The position numbers and the translations under genes were made by a program. Positions 56,691 through 63,793 of a DNA stretch of 63,793 bases are shown piece by piece. Under the pieces are notes generated by a model. That model made no database searches. It saw only the letters and a program-made list of their open reading frames with translations, and was not told where the DNA came from. Position 1 is the stretch's first letter, and every line of letters begins with the position of its first letter. The stretch is from an uncultured virus (IMG/VR IMGVR_UViG_3300043775_001647) (taxonomy: Duplodnaviria; Heunggongvirae; Uroviricota; Caudoviricetes). The stretch lies in IMG/VR virus record IMGVR_UViG_3300043775_001647. One strand, given 5' to 3'.

Positions 56691-59600
56691 TTAGAAGTAC
56701 CTAACCATGTAATTAATATCGAAAGGAGTTATCCCTGAGTTTGCAGCTGATAGCCAGGTCGGTGCTCCGTAGGTTATCGCAAAGCTTATTGCGGAAGTGT
56801 TACCGATATCTGTCGTAACTACTTCATTGATGACAGCACTTGTAGCTGCAAGAGAAACCGATACCATTATAGTTCCAACACGTTGGTTTGCACCTGTTGA
56901 TGCGTCTTTTATAACGTAATCAACGAAGGCTGCATAGGTTGTACCGGGTACAAATGAAATAATATTAGTACCTGGGCCTGGACTTAGTAATGCCGGTGCT
57001 ACTTCGTAGTCTATTACTGATCCGGAGATTGATAATGCTCCTCCGATATGGAGTTGCTGTTGGGGGGAGGTAGTGTTAACACCGACAAATCCTGTTGAAC
57101 CGGTAACAAACATTCTTATGTTACCTGCACCGTCGGAGATGAAGATGTTACAGTTTTGAGTACCGAATCCGTTAGCTGATGCTCCACCTAAGATTACGTT
57201 ACAAGCTCCTGTTGTAATACAGATACCAGATGATAGACCGATGGCTGTATTTCTGTTACCATAAGTAACATTTCTTAAAGCACTACTTCCTACAGCAGTA
57301 TTATAACTGACAGCATTGTACCTTAAAGCATAGGCTCCTAAAGATGTATTATTGTTACCGACACTAGCTCTTGAGTTATTATAACCTATAGCTGTGTTAT
57401 TTGATCCCCCGGTGTTGATTAATAAAGCACTTTGACCAAAAGCTGAGTTTCTTACACCGTTAACATTGTAAAATAAAGCACCAGCACCAACAGCTGAGTT
57501 AGCGGTACCTGTTGTGTTACATCTTAAAGCACTTCCACCAACTGCTGTATTGTTATTAGCAGTATTACCTCGTAAAGCATAAAATCCAATACCTACATTA
57601 CCTGAACCTATAATATTTGCTCTTAAAGCACTATGTCCTACAGCTGCGTTTTCTGCTCCAGTTGTATTAGCAACAAGTGCTGCAAAACCCATGGCTGTGT
57701 TATTAGCGCCTGTAGTGGTAGATTCCATAGCATATGTACCAACAGCTGTATTTCCACTAACTGTATTTGCTTCTAATGCTTGATCCCCTAAAGCAGTATT
57801 TCCAGTACCTGAAATGTTTAATCTTAAAGTGCATCTACCTATAGCTGTGTTTCCGTAACCCCCAGCATTACACCTAGCGGCACAGAAACCAACCGCTGTA
57901 TTACCAGAGGCTGTATTGTCTATAAGAGCTTGAGTACCTACAGCTGTGTTTTGGGTACCTACAATATTAGAAATCAAGGCACCACAGCCTACAGCTACGT
58001 TATTTGTTCCTGTTGTATTAGCCCTCAAAGCGGCATAACCTACTGCTGTGTTATTTGATGCTGTGTTAGCACATAAAGCATTTAAACCTATAGCAACGTT
58101 AGAAATACCTGTTGTATTATTTCTTAAAGAATAAACACCTAAAGCTGTGTTTGCTTGACCTGTACTGTTACAAAGTTGAGAGTACCAACCTACTGCTGTA
58201 TTGTTAGATCCTGTGGTAGTAGCTTCTAAAGCACCTCTACCAATTGCTGTGTTTCCACCTGCTGTTGTATTATTAAATAAGGCACTAGAACCTACTGCTG
58301 TATTTCTATCACCTATTGTGTTAAGTTGCAAAGCATTAGTTCCTAAGGCTGTGTTTGAACTACCAATTGTATTTGTTGATAATGAATTAATACCTACAGC
58401 TACGTTATTTGTTCCTGTTGTATTACTTCTTAATGCACAGAAACCTACTGCTGTGTTGTTTGATGCTGTGTTACAACGTAATGCGTTAGTTCCTAATGCT
58501 GTGTTGTTTGAACCAACAAGGTTGTAAGCTAGTGACTGGTTACCTACAGCAACGTTATTTTCTCCTGTACTATTGTTTCTTAATGTATAATATCCAACAG
58601 CTGTATTGAGTTTTCCTGTTGTATTCAGTCTTAGTGAGAAATGTCCTATTCCCACATTTCTGGTACCAATAGTGTTAGAACATAGAGCATTAACACCAAC
58701 GGCTGTGTTTGTTGTTCCGGTTGTATTACTTCTTAATGAATTGTAACCTACAGCTGTGTTGTTTGAGGCTGTGTTAGTTCTTAAAGCATAATATCCAATA
58801 CCTACATTACTTGACCCTACAGTATTTGTTAATAAAGCACTTAAGCCAATAGCAATGTTTGATTTACCTGTAGTGTTGTCTCTTAAAGCATTATGACCTA
58901 GAGCTACATTATAAGTTCCTGTAGTGTTGCACCGTAAAGACTGAAAGCCTACTGCTGTGTTGTATGAGGCTGTGTTGCTTGTTAGGGCTTGGTAACCTAT
59001 AGCGGTATTATTAATACCGGTTTGGTTTGCTCTTAGGGCAAATACACCAACTGCTGTGTTTTTTGTTCCTGTTGTATTACTACGTAAAGAATAGTATCCA
59101 AAAGCAGTATTGCTGTTGGCTGTATTGAACAGTAAAGAACTTCTACCCATTGCGGTATTAGAACGTCCTGTGACATTACTGTACAAGGCTTGTCTACCTA
59201 CTGCTGTGTTATTGTATCCTGTAGTGTTAAGTTGAAGGGCTCCTAAACCTACTGCTGTGTTATCAACACCTGTTGTATTATTACGTAAAGCAAAAGCACC
59301 AAGGGCAGTATTACATCCTCCTATTGTAGTATTAACTAAAGCACAAGTACCTACAGCTACGTTGTTTGTTCCTGTTGTATTTTGTCTTAGTGAACAAAAA
59401 CCTACTGCTGTGTTACTTGTTCCTGTTGTATTACTTCTTAATGTATAAAAACCTACAGCAGTATTACTATTAGCTGTATTATACAACATTGATTGGAAAC
59501 CAACAGCTGTATTGTTTGAACCAGCATTTCCAACCTGCATTGCACTAGTTCCTACAGCCACGTTACTAGCACCACCTGTGTTTGCACATAAAGCAGCACC

Positions 59601-62600
59601 ACCAAGGGCTGTGTTGTAGTTACCAGTAATGTTTCTTAATGTATTTGTACCTACACCCACGTTGTAGTTGTTGGCAGTAGCTGAGTTTAAAGAGTTTACA
59701 CCAATACCAACATTATTGCTACCGTTTGTATTAGCTATTAAAGCATTTATACCTATAGAAACGTTATTAACTCCGGTTGTATTACATCTTAAAGTATTAT
59801 ATCCTAAAGCCGTATTATTAATACCGGTTGTATTACCTATTAAGGTATATTTACCAACACCGGTGTTACCTGTTCCGACTGTATTACTTTCTAACACTCT
59901 AAAACCTACGGCAGTATTATGTACACCTGTTGTATTACTAGATAACGCGCAAGTACCTACTGCTGTGTTAGATGAAGCTGTATTAATAAGCAAAGACCTA
60001 AAACCTAACGATACGTTATTATCACCGGTAATGTTACATATAAGAGCTTGTGTTCCTATAGCAGTGTTACGGTTACCTGTAGTAATTTTACATGCTGTTT
60101 CATAACCTAAAGCTACGTTATTTATACCTCCGGTATTGTTAAATAATGATAATGTACCAACTGAAGTATTATTAATACCTGTTGTGTTACATTTTAAAGA
60201 ATTTGAACCTACTGAAACGTTATATTTACCTGTTGTATTACTTCGTAAAGCACTATATCCAACAGCTGTATTGTTTGATGCTGTGTTAGAGAATAAAGAT
60301 CTAAATCCAAGAGCTGTATTATTTGTTCCGGCAACATTAGAATATAAAGCACCGCAACCCATGGCAATATTATAACTACCGCCTTGGTTTAATCTCATTG
60401 AGAGATTACCAACAGTTACGTTTTGTACACCTGTAGTGTTTGAACATAAAGCATAGTAACCTAAACCTACGTTACCAACACCAGTAGAATTACAACGTAA
60501 GGAACTACGGCCTGCGGCTACGTTTCTACAACCTGTTAAGTTAGCAATCATAGAACTATACCCTATAGCTGTATTTGCTACTCCGGAAGTGTTAAGAGCT
60601 AAGGCATTATAACCTACTGCTGTATTAGCACCCCCTGTTGTATTATCTCGAAGGGCTTGAAAACCTAAAGCTGTATTTTGAACACCTGTAGTATTATTTC
60701 TTAATGCACAGAAACCTACTGCTGTGTTGTTTGATGCTGTATTTGCTTGAAGTGCTCTAGAACCTAAAGCTGTATTATTATTACCACTTATATTACTATT
60801 TAAAGAATCGTTACCTACTGATGTATTACAAGAGCCTACAGTAGTGTATCTTAAGGCTGATATACCTATTGCTGTATTTAAAACACCTGTAGTATTACTT
60901 TGAAGAGATAAAGCACCTAATGAAGTATTATATGAACCAATAGTGTTGTTTGACAATGATGTAACACCAACAGCTGTATTAAGTGTTCCTGTTGTATTAC
61001 TTCTTAATGCACAAAAACCAATGGTTGTGTTGTTGGATGCTGTATTGCAGTTTAGACTATAATGTCCTAAAGCTGTATTATTAACCCCTGTTGTATTATA
61101 CTGTAAAGCACCTCCGCCTATTGCTGTATTTTTAATTCCTACTGTATTATACTGTAAAGCACTAGTACCTACAGCAGTGTTCTGTGCTCCTGTTGTATTA
61201 CTTCTTAACGCTAGAGACCCTAAAGCAACATTATATAATCCTGTTGTATTACTTCTCAATGCACAGAAACCTACTGCTGTGTTGTTTGAGGCTGTGTTAC
61301 AAGTTAAAGCAAAAGCACCAACAGCTGTATTTTTTCCTCCTGTTGTTGTTCCATATAATGTTCTGTGTCCAAAACCAGCATTGTACGCTCCTGTGGTGTT
61401 GCTTGATACAGAAAGATATCCAAAAGCACTATTATCAAATCCAGTTGTATTAGAATATAATGCTCCATTACCTAAAGCATTGTTTCTAAAACCAGTAGTA
61501 TTAAGTATTAAAGCTACTCTACCAACAGCTACGTTATTAGCACCTGTTGTATTACATCTTAATGCACTATTACCTAAAGCAGTATTGTTAAATCCAATAG
61601 TATTATTTTGTAAAGCTACAGCACCAACAGCAGTATTATTAAAACCTGTTGTATTGGTAAATAAAGCACTAGCACCTAATGATGTATTATATGCTCCTGT
61701 TGTATTAGTTCTTAAGGCATTAACACCAACTGCTGTATTGTTTACTCCTGTTGTATTATTTCTTAATGATAAGTATCCGACTGCTGTATTGTTAGATACT
61801 GTGTTGCAGAATAATGAAAAGAATCCTAGAGCTGTATTATTTGTTCCTACAGTATTATACTGTAAACTACCAAATCCTACTGCGGTATTATTTGCTCCGG
61901 TAGTATTGCAGAACATAGAACCTCTACCAATTGCTGTGTTAAAAGCACCTCCTGTATTAAATCTAAGAGATCCTAAACCAACAGCTGTATTTTCAGTTCC
62001 TGTTGTATTTACACATAAAGATTGAAAACCTATTGCTGTATTACATACACCTACAGTATTATTTTGTAAAGAATATGTACCTACGGCTGTATTTAAAATA
62101 CCTGTAGTGTTAAACTTTAAGGCTTGTGTACCTACAGCGGTATTACTTACTCCAGAAGTGTTATAAGCTAGAGCTAATTGACCTATACCAACATTATTAG
62201 CACCTGTATTATTTCTTAAAGCGTCAGTACCTATACCTATAGTATTTCCAATACCTGGACTGGCATACATTGCTGCTTCTCCAATAGCAATAACAGTATT
62301 TCCTGTAACTGAGCCTGCTGCTCTATAACCAATAGCAATATTGTTTGTACCGGCGGTATTTGCTGTTAAAGAATTAGTACCAATTGCTATGTTTTGATTA
62401 CCGGTTGTGTTACATCTTAGTGCTTTATAACCTAGAGCTACGTTTCTGCATCCTGCTGTATTATTTCTTAATGCACAGAAACCTACTGCTGTGTTATTAG
62501 AGGCTGTGTTAGAAAGAAGTGTATAAAATCCAACTGCTGTATTACTTTTACCTATAGTGTTACTATATAAACTACCATCACCAACAGCAGTATTATAATT

Positions 62601-63793
62601 ACCAGTAGTATTATTTCTTAATGATACCCTACCTACAGCTGTATTTTGACTACCTAGAGTATTATTATATAAAGTAGATCTACCTAAAGCGGTATTATTG
62701 GAACCTACAGTATTATTTCTTAAAGCACTATTTCCTACAGCAATGTTATTAGTACCTGTTGTATTAACATTAAGAGCACCATGACCTACTGCCATGTTTT
62801 CAGAGGCAGTACTTACACGTAAAGCACTATTACCTATAGCAATGTTTTGTGAGGCTGTTGTTATACAATATAAAGCACAGTTACCAATAGATAAGTTAAA
62901 AGTACCTGTTGTTGTTCTTAATTGAGATAATATACCAACTCCTATGTTATTATTACCGGTTGTATTGCTTGATAATGCTCCTCCACCTAAAGCAGTATTA
63001 TATTGTCCTATTGTGTTGCTAGAAAGTGCACCTGAACCAACTGCTGTATTTGAACCTCCTGTGGTATTAGCTAACAAAGCATTAGCACCTACTGCAGTAT
63101 TACCACTACCTATAGTATTTAAAGCTAAACTACTAGCTCCTAATGCTGTATTGTATGTTCCTGTGGTGTTATTTCTTAAAGAAAGAGTTCCTAATGCAGT
63201 ATTACAAAAACCTACAGTGTTACACTGTAATGATAAAGCGCCAACAGCAGTATTTCTTTTTCCTGTAGTGTTGTTTTGTAAAGCTGATGATCCTAAAGCT
63301 GCATTATAGTATCCTACTGTATTACTTCTTAATGAACAAAATCCTACGGCTGTATTATTTGATGCTGTATTGCAAAATAAAGCTAATTTACCAATAGCAA
63401 CATTATTACTACCGACTGTATTGTTAGTTAATGATTGGTCTCCTACTGCTGTATTACAATTACCTGTGGTATTGTAAAAACCAGAATCCATCCCTACTGA
63501 TACATTATTTGAACCTATTGTATTAAATCTTAAAGATTCAGTACCAATCGCTACATTTCTAAGACCGGTTGTATTACTTCTTAAACTATAGAAACCTACT
63601 GCTGTATTGTTTGAAGCTGTGTTAGATAATAATGATTGAACACCAACTGCTGTATTACTATTACCTGTTGTATTAGAAGTTAAAGATTGGTGACCTAGAG
63701 CAGTATTAGAAGCACCTACTGTATTAGAAAATAAAGTATTAAAACCAACGGCCGTATTATTTACACCTGTTGTAGTACCTCCTAAAGCATTAA
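56691..63793 (-). CDS. second giant repeat fibre/adhesin, 5'-truncated by the window edge
   Basis: Same repeat; the frame has no stop between 63491 and the window end, so the true start lies outside; different C-terminal domain with no S74 chaperone. Confidence 0.85.
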   Translation of the reverse strand, partial: NALGGTTTGVNNTAVGFNTLFSNTVGASNTALGHQSLTSNTTGNSNTAVGVQSLLSNTASNNTAVGFYSLRSNTTGLRNVAIGTESLRFNTIGSNNVSVGMDSGFYNTTGNCNTAVGDQSLTNNTVGSNNVAIGKLALFCNTASNNTAVGFCSLRSNTVGYYNAALGSSALQNNTTGKRNTAVGALSLQCNTVGFCNTALGTLSLRNNTTGTYNTALGASSLALNTIGSGNTAVGANALLANTTGGSNTAVGSGALSSNTIGQYNTALGGGALSSNTTGNNNIGVGILSQLRTTTGTFNLSIGNCALYCITTASQNIAIGNSALRVSTASENMAVGHGALNVNTTGTNNIAVGNSALRNNTVGSNNTALGRSTLYNNTLGSQNTAVGRVSLRNNTTGNYNTAVGDGSLYSNTIGKSNTAVGFYTLLSNTASNNTAVGFCALRNNTAGCRNVALGYKALRCNTTGNQNIAIGTNSLTANTAGTNNIAIGYRAAGSVTGNTVIAIGEAAMYASPGIGNTIGIGTDALRNNTGANNVGIGQLALAYNTSGVSNTAVGTQALKFNTTGILNTAVGTYSLQNNTVGVCNTAIGFQSLCVNTTGTENTAVGLGSLRFNTGGAFNTAIGRGSMFCNTTGANNTAVGFGSLQYNTVGTNNTALGFFSLFCNTVSNNTAVGYLSLRNNTTGVNNTAVGVNALRTNTTGAYNTSLGASALFTNTTGFNNTAVGAVALQNNTIGFNNTALGNSALRCNTTGANNVAVGRVALILNTTGFRNNALGNGALYSNTTGFDNSAFGYLSVSSNTTGAYNAGFGHRTLYGTTTGGKNTAVGAFALTCNTASNNTAVGFCALRSNTTGLYNVALGSLALRSNTTGAQNTAVGTSALQYNTVGIKNTAIGGGALQYNTTGVNNTALGHYSLNCNTASNNTTIGFCALRSNTTGTLNTAVGVTSLSNNTIGSYNTSLGALSLQSNTTGVLNTAIGISALRYTTVGSCNTSVGNDSLNSNISGNNNTALGSRALQANTASNNTAVGFCALRNNTTGVQNTALGFQALRDNTTGGANTAVGYNALALNTSGVANTAIGYSSMIANLTGCRNVAAGRSSLRCNSTGVGNVGLGYYALCSNTTGVQNVTVGNLSMRLNQGGSYNIAMGCGALYSNVAGTNNTALGFRSLFSNTASNNTAVGYSALRSNTTGKYNVSVGSNSLKCNTTGINNTSVGTLSLFNNTGGINNVALGYETACKITTGNRNTAIGTQALICNITGDNNVSLGFRSLLINTASSNTAVGTCALSSNTTGVHNTAVGFRVLESNTVGTGNTGVGKYTLIGNTTGINNTALGYNTLRCNTTGVNNVSIGINALIANTNGSNNVGIGVNSLNSATANNYNVGVGTNTLRNITGNYNTALGGAALCANTGGASNVAVGTSAMQVGNAGSNNTAVGFQSMLYNTANSNTAVGFYTLRSNTTGTSNTAVGFCSLRQNTTGTNNVAVGTCALVNTTIGGCNTALGAFALRNNTTGVDNTAVGLGALQLNTTGYNNTAVGRQALYSNVTGRSNTAMGRSSLLFNTANSNTAFGYYSLRSNTTGTKNTAVGVFALRANQTGINNTAIGYQALTSNTASYNTAVGFQSLRCNTTGTYNVALGHNALRDNTTGKSNIAIGLSALLTNTVGSSNVGIGYYALRTNTASNNTAVGYNSLRSNTTGTTNTAVGVNALCSNTIGTRNVGIGHFSLRLNTTGKLNTAVGYYTLRNNSTGENNVAVGNQSLAYNLVGSNNTALGTNALRCNTASNNTAVGFCALRSNTTGTNNVAVGINSLSTNTIGSSNTALGTNALQLNTIGDRNTAVGSSALFNNTTAGGNTAIGRGALEATTTGSNNTAVGWYSQLCNSTGQANTALGVYSLRNNTTGISNVAIGLNALCANTASNNTAVGYAALRANTTGTNNVAVGCGALISNIVGTQNTAVGTQALIDNTASGNTAVGFCAARCNAGGYGNTAIGRCTLRLNISGTGNTALGDQALEANTVSGNTAVGTYAMESTTTGANNTAMGFAALVANTTGAENAAVGHSALRANIIGSGNVGIGFYALRGNTANNNTAVGGSALRCNTTGTANSAVGAGALFYNVNGVRNSAFGQSALLINTGGSNNTAIGYNNSRASVGNNNTSLGAYALRYNAVSYNTAVGSSALRNVTYGNRNTAIGLSSGICITTGACNVILGGASANGFGTQNCNIFISDGAGNIRMFVTGSTGFVGVNTTSPQQQLHIGGALSISGSVIDYEVAPALLSPGPGTNIISFVPGTTYAAFVDYVIKDASTGANQRVGTIMVSVSLAATSAVINEVVTTDIGNTSAISFAITYGAPTWLSAANSGITPFDINYMVRYF

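Noticed and set aside
49039..63309. Many plus-strand ORFs (PTAVLL..PVVL repeats) over the fibre genes
   Set aside because: Antisense shadows of the repetitive minus-strand codons; no promoters or leaders support them
48633..63793. Diversity-generating retroelement acting on the fibres
   Set aside because: No reverse transcriptase in the window and no template/variable repeat pair differing only at adenines was seen
1..63793. Stop-codon reassignment and tRNA genes
   Set aside because: Conserved genes are full length in the standard code and end in TAA, TAG or TGA; intergenic gaps are short and no cloverleaf was recognised

Overview
A 63.8 kb fragment of a large, AT-rich myovirus (contractile tail, distantly T4-like) with every credible gene on the minus strand. 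The host is probably a Bacteroidota member: there are repeated TTG-N20-TAnnTTWR promoters, SD-less A-rich leaders and a T9SS C-terminal sorting domain. In transcription order (right to left) it carries: two giant Asn/Thr/Gly/Cys repeat fibre genes; a glycosylation/methylation/sulfation locus (three glycosyltransferases, FkbM, sulfotransferase, APS kinase, HIGH nucleotidyltransferase, HAD, DUF2061); neck, sheath, tube, chaperone, tape measure and baseplate genes; a replication block (divergent PolA, gp32-like SSB, RecA/UvsX, 5'-3' exonuclease, HNH, DnaB-like helicase, class II RNR); an 8-gene envelope/secretion module; and lysis genes. Main unusual items: (1) an array of cassettes sharing a terminator/dual-promoter repeat and an identical MDNFDLKKYLVEN leader on unrelated bodies, possibly capsid-targeted internal proteins; (2) a phage-encoded CsgG + T9SS-cargo cohesin/dockerin surface module beside the lysis genes; (3) an apparently self-contained PAPS synthesis and sulfation pathway beside the fibres; (4) a second small-gene array joined by a GGAGG-containing junction repeat; (5) a predicted -2/+1 frameshift in the tail chaperone. 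All family calls come from motif recognition by eye, not from database searches.
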